DNA of 64,000 nucleotides from Williopsis jadinii (taxonomy: Eukaryota), in contig AP024665.1 of assembly GCA_024346625.1 (NCBI GenBank), positions 434,001 to 498,000 of the forward strand, read 5' to 3'. The notes under the pieces were generated by a model, which was not told the DNA's origin, ran no database searches, and saw only the letters and a list, made by a program, of their open reading frames with translations. Position 1 is the first letter of the stretch. Each line of letters begins with the position of its first letter. Below, one piece after another: positions 32,514 to 48,859 of this stretch. The position numbers and the translations under genes were made by a program.

Positions 32514-33263
32514 ATGAAACCGTCACTTAAACCTACTGGTCTTACCATGTCCAATTTAAACCCACTCAAACGGTGTCAGTATGTAACATCCAGTACACCT
32601 TTGGTAACATCAAAGTCTGAGATCCGTGGTGTATACGCTGTGGCACAACAATTCTACTTCAAGATGGCACTGAGAAGGTCCATCGTGACTTCTAACGAGT
32701 TCTTTAAGTGCGAGTTTTATCCACCTTCTCACCTTTTGGGACTCTTCAGAAAATCACGGCCTGCGCTTCGAGTAAAGTGTGAACAGGACCAAGTGCTGTT
32801 TAACGACCCATCTCTTGATTTTGGATCAACGAATAAAAGATTACAAGGTTCGGTGAAGAACATGGATATGATGTCATACAGTTTCAAACGTATTGAAGTA
32901 AGGAGACTCATGCGTGAAAAGTTCTGGGACTCTTATCAACGTGGGAAAGGATGTGATGGACTATACGTTTTCAACGTTAGACTCTTACCGAAAACTGCCA
33001 GCGAATGGATCCAGTTTAACCAACATATATTACAGGCCATAGAGAAAGTTACCAGTACAGACTTCAACAAGAAGATTCAAAATGACAATTCACGTGTCGA
33101 TTGGAGGAAGCTACTGAAGGTGTTGGAGAAGAACGACATGGTCAAGCCCGAATGGTTTGACCAAGTTGCTGCTCTATACTCCAAGAAGAGTATAAAAAGA
33201 AAATCTTCAACGAGCAAAGCGACACAGATGATTCAATTACCAAAGAGGAAACCAACGTGGTGA
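32514..33263 (+). CDS. Uncharacterised basic protein, probably mitochondrial, with RnpA-like motif order
   Basis: 249-aa ORF from ATG 32514 (alternative ATG 32547); acid-free N-terminus; K/R-rich; stop lies 17 nt from the PUS6 stop. Confidence 0.7.
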   Translation: MKPSLKPTGLTMSNLNPLKRCQYVTSSTPLVTSKSEIRGVYAVAQQFYFKMALRRSIVTSNEFFKCEFYPPSHLLGLFRKSRPALRVKCEQDQVLFNDPSLDFGSTNKRLQGSVKNMDMMSYSFKRIEVRRLMREKFWDSYQRGKGCDGLYVFNVRLLPKTASEWIQFNQHILQAIEKVTSTDFNKKIQNDNSRVDWRKLLKVLEKNDMVKPEWFDQVAALYSKKSIKRKSSTSKATQMIQLPKRKPTW

Positions 33264-33280
33264 AAGAAGAAGACAACAGT

Positions 33281-34324
33281 TCATAGATAGTCACACCAGC
33301 TTGGTGTTCTTGTAATAAATTCCTTATCTTTGAATTTATACCTGAACGCATGGAGCCAGATCACCATTGACTCAGGATTTGAGTCTGCAAATAACAACTC
33401 TCCGCACTCAACGCATCGACCAGTCACACTCAACCTCTCGATCTTATCCCTATCTTCTTTTAACAAAGTGTCAAATTGCTCCTTGGTCATTGGCGCTTCT
33501 GAAATGAGTAATTGTCTCCTGAGCGGTGATGACGCTGGACCGTATAGAGGGTCATTAACGATTGGGAACCCTAGCATATTTAGATGGATTCGAATTTGAT
33601 GAGTTCTTCCAGTTGTTGGCTGGCATAGAACGACTGATTGGTTCAGCTCAGGGCAATACGAAATCCTCGTGAATCTTGTAGATGCCTCCTTCTTCTCCTT
33701 CATTGCATGTTGGAACCCTAACTTGGTATCAATATTAGCCACTGGTCTATTGCACACGATCCCATTTTCATCACCAGGGAACTCACCCTGAACCCTTGCC
33801 AAGTAGAACTTTTCAACTTGTTTTGAACGGATCTCACGTTGTAAAGAGGCCGCCATTTGTGGGTTCCGTGCCAATATCACAATTCCAGACGTGAGCTTAT
33901 CCAAACGATGGCATAGGTATAACTCACCGTATTTGGGCTTCAACATCTCTGTCAGCGAGTTGTAGTAATAACGACCCGTTGGGTGTACTGGAATCGACGG
34001 CGGCTTGTTAACAACAACCAACTCTTCCGATTCATAAACTGTGTCCACCGGCAAGGCCAGCACTGGCGGCTCATGCTTGTGTACCGTCAAGTGCAAGATA
34101 TCCTTGTTCTGTAGGCGCAATGACAACAACTCATCTCCCGCTATGATCTTGTTATCCCTTTCTATCTTCAAGCGCTGTAGAGCAATCTGCCTCAAGTGAA
34201 AGTCTCGATCTCGGGTTTTGAACTCATCGACAACAACATCCAGGATGGTTCTGTTCAACCACCTGCCCTTGACGAATAGCGTATTTGTATGGTGATAAGG
34301 AACCACCTTCTGGAGACTCATCAT
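33281..34324 (-). CDS. PUS6: RluA-family tRNA pseudouridine synthase (Pus6-like)
   Basis: FVKGRWL, HKHEPPV, KPPSIPVHPTG, catalytic HRLDKLTSG, TGRTHQIRIHL; no deaminase domain, so not Rib2. Confidence 0.82.
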   Translation of the reverse strand: MMSLQKVVPYHHTNTLFVKGRWLNRTILDVVVDEFKTRDRDFHLRQIALQRLKIERDNKIIAGDELLSLRLQNKDILHLTVHKHEPPVLALPVDTVYESEELVVVNKPPSIPVHPTGRYYYNSLTEMLKPKYGELYLCHRLDKLTSGIVILARNPQMAASLQREIRSKQVEKFYLARVQGEFPGDENGIVCNRPVANIDTKLGFQHAMKEKKEASTRFTRISYCPELNQSVVLCQPTTGRTHQIRIHLNMLGFPIVNDPLYGPASSPLRRQLLISEAPMTKEQFDTLLKEDRDKIERLSVTGRCVECGELLFADSNPESMVIWLHAFRYKFKDKEFITRTPSWCDYL

Positions 34325-35479
34325 CCGGCACAGCCCTGGTTGAATGCACTAGTTTTAGCCAATCGATGAACTTCCCCGTAGCTTCAACTTCAACTCCAGC
34401 TCTCACTCACTATATGAAAGTTCGGAGGTACACTGGCGCAGGTCAAATCCCACCTACACACGTATAAACTACATTACAATCAGGGCCAATTGCTACACAA
34501 ACCCTTATAATAGAGCGCTACGATGAAGCTTCACGTCATTTCAACGTGAGTTGTCAGCTAATACTTTCTCTCTGCTCAAATTGTCTGATCAGCCATTTTT
34601 AGCCCTTTGGGTATGTGACGACGCCCCAAACCGCTCTCCCCATTTTCAAGCACGGAGCTCCCAAATTACCCAATCATCACGCGGATAAATTGGTTAGCAA
34701 TCTCGTGACTTTTTCTGCCTCTGCAGTCGGGGAGCTGACCAGCAGCCAAATTTGAAACTGGAACAGCTGGTTAACGCGTGTTACATAAACAGCTTCCCTC
34801 AATTGGTTGGCACACGTAATGGAACCACTTGGAAATAACAATCATGTACAGAGAGCATTCGATTGTGCGCCCATCCACGCATAGAATCTTTCCATGCCCA
34901 CCCTCATTCTTACTGATCTGCCAGACAAAGTGTAGCCCAGAAATTAGCTGGAGAAATCGGAGTCCCGAAACCAAAAAGAACAAGTCAAAAAGAGAACCAG
35001 AAACACGCATTAAGCTCACATTAGTGGGTCAACTCAAGGTCCTTTTATACTTGAAACCACGCCATTGAACATTCGATCCCCTTGTGCAACTCGTGGGCTG
35101 AATTATGGCGCTGATTGTATAGTTGTACTGGTAGTGGCCGTTATCAAAGTTTAAAAATCAGATCATTATGCGTCTCACAAATTATCACCAGATTTTTTTT
35201 GGTCTTAGGCGTTTGATGGTTCGCCTTTTGATTTGCAGAGGCCGCTAAAATGAACTGATTTTACGTTGTGCACCGAAGTTCATTCGGCACACCTCTGTAA
35301 GTTTTTGGACCACATGTAGAAAAATGCTTTCTTCAGGGGGGGGGGGTTCTTGGACTCTTTGTGTCTGTGTATAAATACTGAGACGCATCCCACATATCCC
35401 TTCCTCCTCCTCTGCTGTTGTAGTCTCTTCATCATTTCATTGATACACAACACAACACACTAAACTATACCAAACAAAA

Positions 35480-35731
35480 ATGTTCGCCTCTGCCATTCTC
35501 AGATCCGCCGCTGCTGTTAATGCCCAAGTTGCCGCTAAGCAAGTTAGAGTCACCCTTAAGCCAAACGGTGTTGCTTATATGCTTGGACTCTACGCTAAGA
35601 AGGTTCCAGTTATCTTCATGTGGGCCGGTGCTGTCGGCACCGCTTTGTTCTGGCCATTGGGTGCTGAAGGCGTTGTCAAGAAGCTCGGCTGTGGTACCTT
35701 CGGTGCGCAAAAAGTTGCCAACTCTCTCTGA
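35480..35731 (+). CDS. COX26: Cox26-like small subunit of cytochrome c oxidase/supercomplex III-IV
   Basis: MFASAILRSAA and VPVIFMWAGAVGTALFWP resemble Cox26 MFFSQVLRSS and IPEIFQWSAVLSVCLGWP. Strong codon bias, A-rich start context, TATAAATA near 35369, several CCAAT boxes upstream. Confidence 0.72.
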   Translation: MFASAILRSAAAVNAQVAAKQVRVTLKPNGVAYMLGLYAKKVPVIFMWAGAVGTALFWPLGAEGVVKKLGCGTFGAQKVANSL

Positions 35732-37475
35732 GTCATCATGATATCTATCTTGGTATGATGATACACTGTCGAGCTGGGACGTGTACCTGATGCATTGTTT
35801 CGAATGAACAAACATCGAGTCACTCAAATATATGCTGCTGGACACTGCAAATATTAGCCAGTATCATCTGCTGCTACTAATGACGTCTTATGAGTTTATA
35901 AATTATTCGTATAGTTTGGTGTTGATTTGAATTTTACTATATTCCTTTGAGTTTTGATTTCATTTGTAGTTCACAGATTAGATGGTGTAATCTTTACATC
36001 ATGCATTTTATCACTCTAATTGGAATGTGAAGTGGGTTTTGAATGGTACCTTGCAACCGTGAGAGTCGTGAGGTGTAAAGATGCATGTTGATTGAATACC
36101 CACAACGCTACCTTTGCTCTTGATATGTAGAGAGGGAGATATACACAAACCATGTATGCTGGACCAATTTGGTTTGAGACCTTGAGAAAAACAATCACTC
36201 ATAGATTCTCTTAACCCTGGAGTACTTGGTTGGTGATTTCACCAAGGTTCAGTAATAACGACCAGCAGAAGCACCTAGCGCAACGAACACAGCGTACTTG
36301 CAGTTGAGGAGCTCCTTTTGGAAAAACAAACATCAAAAGAGTTGATTCAACCAATGCGGATTCTGAAAGTCAGTATGACGCTGGTATCAGAAACAACACT
36401 ATGCTTTATAGATTGTTTTAAATGTGCTGGATAATCTTCAATTGGGCCATTATTGTCCGGTGAAAGCAAGCGTCGTTGTAAACTGGAGAGATTGAGAAAT
36501 CGACAGGTACAAAGCAAAAGCAAACACAGATCAAAGAGCAAGCAAACAGCAACAATATTTGAGCAGTAGGCTCTAGTAAAGCAATCGATGTCCATGCTCT
36601 GTGCTGGTATCGGGTCTCTTCAGCTTTGACGACTCCATATATACACAGATTGGTGTATATCCACCTGTGTAGGAAATGGCTCCGGTTCCAGATCGCCATG
36701 TTTCAGCTATTGACAGTGCAGTGAAACTTCAAGTCAAAATAGTAGCTCGGCTGAATAAGGCCTTTTCAACCTGAGAATTGACCCAGACTTCCAATCAAGG
36801 AAGCTCACGCTTGGTCCAACCGGTAACTCCACATTTCCTCCTGTTCAGGAATCACACTTGTATCGGCGTTTCTACACCAAGGCGTCCACCTTCCCTGCTG
36901 AGATCCCACCATCTCTGTTTGCTCAATAAACCAAGTTCTCCTTAAACAGTTCCAAGGTGCTATACCTATTACCAACCACGGCACAATAATACAATTCTAC
37001 AGGGTAAGAGCCATGCAATGTTGACACAACCAAGCACCAGAACTCCACCGCTTCCTCCAAAATTTATCTGCTGTTTCAAATATACACCGTCCAAGCCACC
37101 AGTTTTCGCATACACAGAGCTATTCCCACACAAATCTATTCCTACACCATCAGTGCAAATTAGCGCTCTGTTCAGCTAACAACCATGTGTAATGGGTTAA
37201 TAAACTCTCCCGCCGCCATTCCACTCATCACCGTGTTTGTTTACTTTTCCCAAGCGCACGACATCTCGCACGCCAGCGTCCGCCAACTGAAACTTTCCCA
37301 TCTGCGGCGCGTATCAACCCAGCCTACGCATCTGATTACATAATACAACACCCGGACACCCTCTCTGCACGTCCCCATCGACATCAAACCTTTTTTTCTT
37401 CTGCTCTTTGTGGCCCTTCTGTGGGTTTCGAGGACAACGGGTACTATTGGCTATTCAGTACTGATCTCACTTTCA

Positions 37476-39422
37476 ATGAAGATGATTCGAACATCGATGA
37501 GACTGATACATACGTCGAGGTGGCTCCTACAGTCAGCGCCAGAAGGCACCTCGACGGCCTTGCCTCAGAAGGTGTTGGGAAAGGGCAAGAAGAAGGCGCC
37601 GGAGAAGCAGAACTTGGTGATATTGAACGCCAAACAGTCCAAGCTGTATAAGAGGAAGGGTCACCGTTCACAGGAGAACACAGTCAAGAAATTGGACGAT
37701 TTGGATCTCTCACAGATCCAAGAGACAACGTCGAAGCTGCTGAACATCTTTGATAAATCTCAAGTGTTTGTCACAGACCAAGAGCTCTGCGACACGGTCA
37801 ATGCACACAAGCCTGTGAATCTACAAATGTCCAAGCAGAGATATATACAAATCACCAATGAGTTATCCAGTGCGTTCACACTGAAGCAGATACGGAGATA
37901 CATCTTCAAGGAGCTCTCCAGCCTGTACGCGCCGAAGAAGTGGAATAAGGCTCAGCTCATCGACGCCATTGTCCAAAAAGGTTGGAATTGTAAGATTTCA
38001 AAAGTCATCAACCCTTCAGATGACCTTATACAGACAAGATCTTTCTTCTTGACGAAGAAGAAAATGTTCCTGTTGATGTCGCACAGCTCTATCGTACAGA
38101 ATTGGATGAGGGCGAACGTGAGAATCGTGTTGTTCCCAACATCTCTACAGTTAGTCATAAGTGCCAACGAAGCACACCTTCAGTACATAGAGCTGGCCCT
38201 GGATAGCTTATTCAACAATGCGAAGGAACAGGACGTTGACTTGGAAAGTGTTGAGCAGCTATTTGCAATAACGGGTGAAACACTACCATTAGAGGATATC
38301 CAAAGGTTATCTAGCGTCTACTTTGAGAAGAAAAACGGAGATGAACCCCATTTGTATACGATGTCATCTTTAGGTGATAGGAAATTCACAGAGGCTAAAA
38401 GATTGATTCTTTGGTCTTTGGATTATAACCCTTTCATGAAGGCTCATTCACACATCGATACAATTTCGCCGAATGTCAAGTATTTCAAAACCTTTGCAGA
38501 CCAGTCATTCCCATGGATTCATAGAAAGAAGAACTGGTATAGGCTGAAGGAACCAAAAACGATCAACAGTAAAACTGACGAGATTAAGATCGACTCGAAT
38601 GAAATCTACAAAGAGTTGAATAGTGAACCAAGCAAACAAGTTTCTTTCAAGCTTGAGGATCCACAGGATGTTGTTGCCGTGGCCTTTGGTCAATTGCTAC
38701 AGTCCTCGAATAAGGGAGATGATCCAAAGAACAAAACGATTTTCAACACAGAGATACCGTTCATCCATGAGAAAGTGCTGAAACTACCATTATACGACTC
38801 CGAAGGCGAACAGATCGATACTACGGTAGATAATCATACCTACTATGCACAAATCAAGCTGTTGCCTTCGCCTTTCAACAAGTCAAACAGTTACTTGGAA
38901 TATCCACCTATTGAATTCTGGTTTGATATAGACGAGAGAGAATCAGTGAAGAAGGATACTTTACAGGTACTATGCATTACAAACGATCAGATCTCAAACG
39001 TTTCTGTTCCACAGTCAATAACTGATTTGAAGTTTGTCAAATCTCAAATGACGAACCTGATTGATGGTTATAGAACAGATGACAATTGGCTAAAAGACCA
39101 ACCTGGAATAAGGGAGTTCTTAATGAATGCCAAACTCAACTTCAATGGACAAGAAAAGATCTTTGTTCCAGATTACGTGGACATTAAACTACCGGGATCA
39201 AAAGAACCTGTGAGATACGACTACATCACAATGTGCCATAGAAAACAGTTGGATCTGAGATATCACGGAAGATTAGTAACGTATGCCGTTATTGAAGGAG
39301 GTTCACTTGGTGGGTCAACCTCTGAGGTGATAATGGTAGGAAACGCAGATGAACTGAATGAAGAGGGATTCAACAGCTTGGTCAGTGATGCCATAAGTTT
39401 TGCAAAAGACCTCGGTGAATGA
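37476..39422 (+). CDS. SLS1: Mitochondrial Sls1 (couples mt transcription to translation)
   Basis: Presequence-like MKMIRTSMRLIHTSRWLL; LSSAFTLKQIRRYI block; YYAQIKLLPSPF..YPPIEFWF; C-terminal IEGGSLGG; Puf3-type TGTATATA in the 3' UTR (39466-39473). Confidence 0.75.
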   Translation: MKMIRTSMRLIHTSRWLLQSAPEGTSTALPQKVLGKGKKKAPEKQNLVILNAKQSKLYKRKGHRSQENTVKKLDDLDLSQIQETTSKLLNIFDKSQVFVTDQELCDTVNAHKPVNLQMSKQRYIQITNELSSAFTLKQIRRYIFKELSSLYAPKKWNKAQLIDAIVQKGWNCKISKVINPSDDLIQTRSFFLTKKKMFLLMSHSSIVQNWMRANVRIVLFPTSLQLVISANEAHLQYIELALDSLFNNAKEQDVDLESVEQLFAITGETLPLEDIQRLSSVYFEKKNGDEPHLYTMSSLGDRKFTEAKRLILWSLDYNPFMKAHSHIDTISPNVKYFKTFADQSFPWIHRKKNWYRLKEPKTINSKTDEIKIDSNEIYKELNSEPSKQVSFKLEDPQDVVAVAFGQLLQSSNKGDDPKNKTIFNTEIPFIHEKVLKLPLYDSEGEQIDTTVDNHTYYAQIKLLPSPFNKSNSYLEYPPIEFWFDIDERESVKKDTLQVLCITNDQISNVSVPQSITDLKFVKSQMTNLIDGYRTDDNWLKDQPGIREFLMNAKLNFNGQEKIFVPDYVDIKLPGSKEPVRYDYITMCHRKQLDLRYHGRLVTYAVIEGGSLGGSTSEVIMVGNADELNEEGFNSLVSDAISFAKDLGE

Positions 39423-39556
39423 GGCTCACTACTTAAAGAAGGCACACGCATAATAAAAGTTCCATTGTATATAGAGATAGTGAACACGCAAAACAAAACA
39501 CACACAAAAGAATCAAATGTTTGACCTGTAGAGAATACATAACAATATAAGCATGG

Positions 39557-42500
39557 CTACCAAGATACAAAGTCCCTTCCAACAACCCTGAATACTTTCA
39601 TCTTACCACTTTTCATATCGGTTGGTTTATAACTGGAGTGTCTTACCTTACCGTTAGCGTCAACCTCAACAACACGGAATTTACGTTTCTCTTGATCAAA
39701 TTCAGTGATGACAGCAGCAAATGGAGATCCACCAAAGCCAACTTCATATGTAATCTTTTGATGAAGTTTACCGTGTCCTTGGAATTTCGCCTTGTTAATG
39801 GCTAGAATATCACCGGGTTTAAAATCAGCATACTGTTTGACATCAGTGTTGTTGTTGTTAGAGTAGATCGTTGCACCATAGCTTCTCAAACCCACGGCTG
39901 GCAATGCTCCTGGAATCTGTGAGATGATATATGGAACAAGCGGATCAGTCAATGTCGAGTTAACAAGCTTTGTAGCAAACTGGAAGACTTTGACACCATA
40001 GCTTTCAGCATAGGATTCCAATCTCAATGGATCCAAAGATGGCGCATCTTGCTCCTTTGTTGTGACGTGAAGGGTACCTTGTGGATCTTGTGCTTCAAAG
40101 CTAACACTTATCAGAGTTTGAGAGTTATTTTGATGAAGTATATAATAATCACGAAGAATCAACTCTCTTCCACCTCTTTTCAGAACCTTGTGCTCGTCGA
40201 CCTCGAAAATCAAGTCTCTACCGACACGGGCTTGCAAAGATGGAGGCAATTCACGTTGTCTCAACCACCACTGAGTACCAAGCTCAAGACCCTCTTCACC
40301 TCTGGACAATACTGATGCTCCAGTTTCACTTGCGAACGTTGAAGCTTTTCTCAACGTATGAACAGGAACAGGTGGTGCTTGACCAATAGGAGAATGAGAA
40401 GAAGGTATGGATGAAGTTGCTGTCTCAATAGGTGGTGGTGGTGGTGCTCGAGGGAGTGTTGGTGATGATGGGAGTGATCTATCAGAGCTCTGTTCAGCTT
40501 CAACCAAGGAGTCATATACTTGGGGAACTGGGATTGGTGGTGGTGGTGGCATCTTAGGTCTAGCTTGAGATGAGGTGGCCAATGGAGGAGGAGGAGGAGC
40601 TTGTCTGCCAGATGGAGATGGTGTATATTGAACTTGCCCAGAAGTTGGAGCAGGTGGTGGTGGTGGTGGTGGAGCATGGCCAGCTGAAGGTAGAGGAGGT
40701 GGAGCCGATGTCAGCTGTGGTGCTTGAGCAGTAGGAATTGGAGGTGCACTTCTTGGTACTTGGCCAAGTGCTGTACCCGGAGCTGGGGCATTTGGAATCG
40801 GAGGAGCAGCTGGTACAACTGGAGCACTTGGAACTGGTGGTACTGGAGCCGTGACAGGAATTGGAGGAGGAGGAACATTCTTAGGATCCAATGTTTTTGC
40901 TTGTGGTGGATTTTGTGTGGATTCTTCATCCGACTCATAACCTGTGTTATATTCGGAACCGAAGTCCGAGTGAAGAACAGGATCAGGAATTTTTGGGAGA
41001 GTTGTTTGTTTCTTTTCCGCATCTCTGTCATAGAGAACAACATCATCGTCTGAACTGTATCTACCTTGCTCGTCATCTCCTTCAATAGCAGACTCTGATA
41101 GCGTTTTTGGGGCCTCAGAGAGATCCATGTTGGCTAGTTTATCAGCCAATGAGTTACCTGTATGTTTAGCCTCTGATATGGGTGAAGCTGTATTGGATGG
41201 AACAGAAGGAATTGGAGGAGCAGCACGTGTAGATGGTGATTGGGGAACCACAGGAATTGGAGGTGCCTGATCTATCGAGCTTTGAGTTTGTACCGATGCG
41301 ATTGAAGGTTTGACTGGGGATGGTGCTTCAGAACTGTCAGCACTTTGTTCCTGTTTCTGCTCACCAGAAATATCATCAGTAGCAGCATCAGGTGTACTTA
41401 GTTCAACATCTTTCTCAGAGGACTTCTGGAGAGCCTCAGGAAGTTGGGGTGCGGAACCTGTTGCAAATGGCATGATTGGAATTGCAGCTGGCATATCGTA
41501 GGTTTCCTCTTTCTCTTCCTTGACCTTCTTAGAATGTGTAACTGACTTACGAGGTCCACTTGGGACACCACCAAATGGGTTAAACCCTGCACCGTACATA
41601 CCACCTGCACCTGCAAGACGGGCCATTCTGTCCCTAAGAGCAGCTCTTCTGGCCTCCTCACTATCCTCTTCCTCCTCCTCCTCTTCTTCTTCTTCGTCTT
41701 TTGCTTCTTCCTCTTCTTCTTCCTCTTCTTGTTCACGCTCACCTCCTGTGATACTGACTGGCTGAGCATCAGTTATCTCTTGAGCAGGATTTATCTCTGC
41801 AACATGAGATACTCCTTCTGTCGAAAGCTCCCTCTCATCCTCCTCAAAATCTTCCTGTGCCTCATGGAATTCATCAGAATCAACATCTTCGGCTTCAATT
41901 GCGCGTGCATGTGAAACACCAGAACCAAGGGAACGTACTTCAGACGTTGCGGAGGCAATAGATGCCTTTCTTGCAAGTTCAGACTTCTTTGACTCTTCAG
42001 CTCTTTCAGCTTTCTTTCTCAAAGCAGCAGCTTGTCTCTCAGCCTCCTCAGCCTGTTGCTTTTGTAGCAGTGCAATTCTCTCCTTGAGACTGAGTTTTGG
42101 GCCTTGCTCTTCCTCGGGTTCATCCTGTGAGGAAACAACGGGAGGCGGTGCCGGAACATCAAATGTTTCAGTCTTTGGCTTATTCAAGCCCAATGGTGGA
42201 GGAACATACGACGAATGGTGCAGATCACTCGTGAATGTTCTTGTCTCCTTCTTGTTGAGGGGCGGTGGAACATAGGAAGATGGAACACCTTGGTAGGACT
42301 TCTTAGCGTAAGTCTGCTCTGCGATCTTTGCCGTTGGCAGAGGAATACCGGAGTCAGAGCTAAAGGTTGTAGCCTTTGATTGCAGTTTCTTTGGTTCAGA
42401 CTCTTCAGTATGATGAACTGATTCGGATTCTCCTCTGGAAACAGCGGCTAGCCCCTGTTGAGGCGCTGCCTTCTCCTCTGGTTCCTCCTCCTCATTCTCC

Positions 42501-42763
42501 TGATCAGCTTCAACCTCTAGAGCACTGGAAGCAGCAGGGCTTTTTGACGTAGTCTCCTCAATCGGCTCACCCACAAAGTTCTTTGGGAACATACCCTGAC
42601 GCACCTGTCCGTTATCATCGGTATACTCACCACTGAACCACTCATCATCCTCGATACCGGTAACCTTCACCAATTGGCCAGCCTCGAAGTTCAGATCATC
42701 TTCATAATCAGACTTATAAGCGTATAGCGCCTTTGTCAGAAAGGGAAGCGCCTGTGAAGACAT
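39557..42763 (-). CDS. BBC1: Myosin-tail-interacting SH3 protein
   Basis: N-terminal SH3 (ALYAYKSDYEDDLNF...GMFPKNFV), LSLKERIALLQ, proline-rich region, C-terminal KPGDIL...KSGKMKVFRVVGR domain. Confidence 0.88.
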   Translation of the reverse strand: MSSQALPFLTKALYAYKSDYEDDLNFEAGQLVKVTGIEDDEWFSGEYTDDNGQVRQGMFPKNFVGEPIEETTSKSPAASSALEVEADQENEEEEPEEKAAPQQGLAAVSRGESESVHHTEESEPKKLQSKATTFSSDSGIPLPTAKIAEQTYAKKSYQGVPSSYVPPPLNKKETRTFTSDLHHSSYVPPPLGLNKPKTETFDVPAPPPVVSSQDEPEEEQGPKLSLKERIALLQKQQAEEAERQAAALRKKAERAEESKKSELARKASIASATSEVRSLGSGVSHARAIEAEDVDSDEFHEAQEDFEEDERELSTEGVSHVAEINPAQEITDAQPVSITGGEREQEEEEEEEEAKDEEEEEEEEEEDSEEARRAALRDRMARLAGAGGMYGAGFNPFGGVPSGPRKSVTHSKKVKEEKEETYDMPAAIPIMPFATGSAPQLPEALQKSSEKDVELSTPDAATDDISGEQKQEQSADSSEAPSPVKPSIASVQTQSSIDQAPPIPVVPQSPSTRAAPPIPSVPSNTASPISEAKHTGNSLADKLANMDLSEAPKTLSESAIEGDDEQGRYSSDDDVVLYDRDAEKKQTTLPKIPDPVLHSDFGSEYNTGYESDEESTQNPPQAKTLDPKNVPPPPIPVTAPVPPVPSAPVVPAAPPIPNAPAPGTALGQVPRSAPPIPTAQAPQLTSAPPPLPSAGHAPPPPPPPAPTSGQVQYTPSPSGRQAPPPPPLATSSQARPKMPPPPPIPVPQVYDSLVEAEQSSDRSLPSSPTLPRAPPPPPIETATSSIPSSHSPIGQAPPVPVHTLRKASTFASETGASVLSRGEEGLELGTQWWLRQRELPPSLQARVGRDLIFEVDEHKVLKRGGRELILRDYYILHQNNSQTLISVSFEAQDPQGTLHVTTKEQDAPSLDPLRLESYAESYGVKVFQFATKLVNSTLTDPLVPYIISQIPGALPAVGLRSYGATIYSNNNNTDVKQYADFKPGDILAINKAKFQGHGKLHQKITYEVGFGGSPFAAVITEFDQEKRKFRVVEVDANGKVRHSSYKPTDMKSGKMKVFRVVGRDFVSW

Positions 42764-43227
42764 GTCGACAACGCACCCCCTTATTGTGATTTGTATGGAG
42801 GGTTTCCTTACTGGGGGTTCAAAATCTCGATCTAGACGGGTGAAATCAAGCACAAAGTTCTCTCCTGTTTGCTTCAATTGGACTAACTGACGGCGCTAGG
42901 ATATTTCTCTATATCTCAGAAACGATCTGATCAACCTGGTTAACGACTTCTTCCGACAACAATCCTGATTGCTGGGTCTATATGGGAACGATTGAAGCAG
43001 TGAGCTTCCCTATTTGGGGGACTTTTTCCCGCGTACTTAACAACCCGTTTCCTAATTCGCGAGGGCTCTAAATCCTTATAGGTGTTACCCTGTCGATGAT
43101 GAACCGATCCGAGTTGGTGTTCAGGTGTTTTGTGACACATTTATACAATGACACACACATACAAAGCCTACAAAATAATTTCGTTATAATATTGATTTCG
43201 TGATACGTTTATAGAACGTGGAGGGAT

Positions 43228-48195
<4,968 letters not shown>

Positions 48196-48859
48196 TTATG
48201 CTGTGTAGCCTGAGAAGTATTTCTCTAATGGACTTCAAATAAACGGCTCTTCAAGTTATAACAACCAGACTCTTACGCGTTCTGCTTATATATCCTCAAA
48301 AAAGTAACAGTTCCCTACGTCCTATGTCAGTATATGTCCTGTGTTGATGTAGATCTCCAACAATTACAACTCACTTCTTGCTCTGAGCAGCTTAGAAGGC
48401 CATGTTAAGCTTATTGTACGATGGTATGTCCTTGTCGTATGTAATCAATATTCAAATGTACAAAGTTTCAGCCTATGAGGGAGGGAAGGAAGTGAGCTGA
48501 TGCTGTTGTTGTTGATTGTTGTGATGTGTGTATGATGCCCTTTTTGTACTGCCAGCGGCCAGCTTTTCATACACAGCGGGCCAGGCCGCGAAAGACACAT
48601 CACAGAGCACACAACCATCGATCTGTACGATAGCAACAAGACAGATATTGAGACACGGCGGGGACTACGATACAGCGAGATATGATAAATAGGTTACTTA
48701 TACTGCACAGTACCGTTCTATGTACTCTCTAAAGTGGCGTAGTTCATTCTCTTCTCTTCTCCGAACGTCATGACCATCCATATAACTATCCCTGAACTAA
48801 CGTTTTGGTCATCGATATGATTCATAGGAGTACTCAAGGACAGACTATATTGCAGAGGT

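Noticed and set aside
36347..36699. 82- and 93-aa minus-strand ORFs between COX26 and SLS1
   Set aside because: Overlapping, atypical composition and no recognisable motif.
37348..37361. ACACCCGGACACCC as a telomerase RNA template
   Set aside because: Only about 115 nt separate it from the SLS1 start, too little for the downstream pseudoknot and Sm region. The same motif recurs in other promoters, so a DNA-binding site is more likely.
40430..41730. GGT, GGA and TCC/TTC triplet runs
   Set aside because: They encode poly-Pro and poly-Glu tracts of Bbc1 and are not independent repeats.
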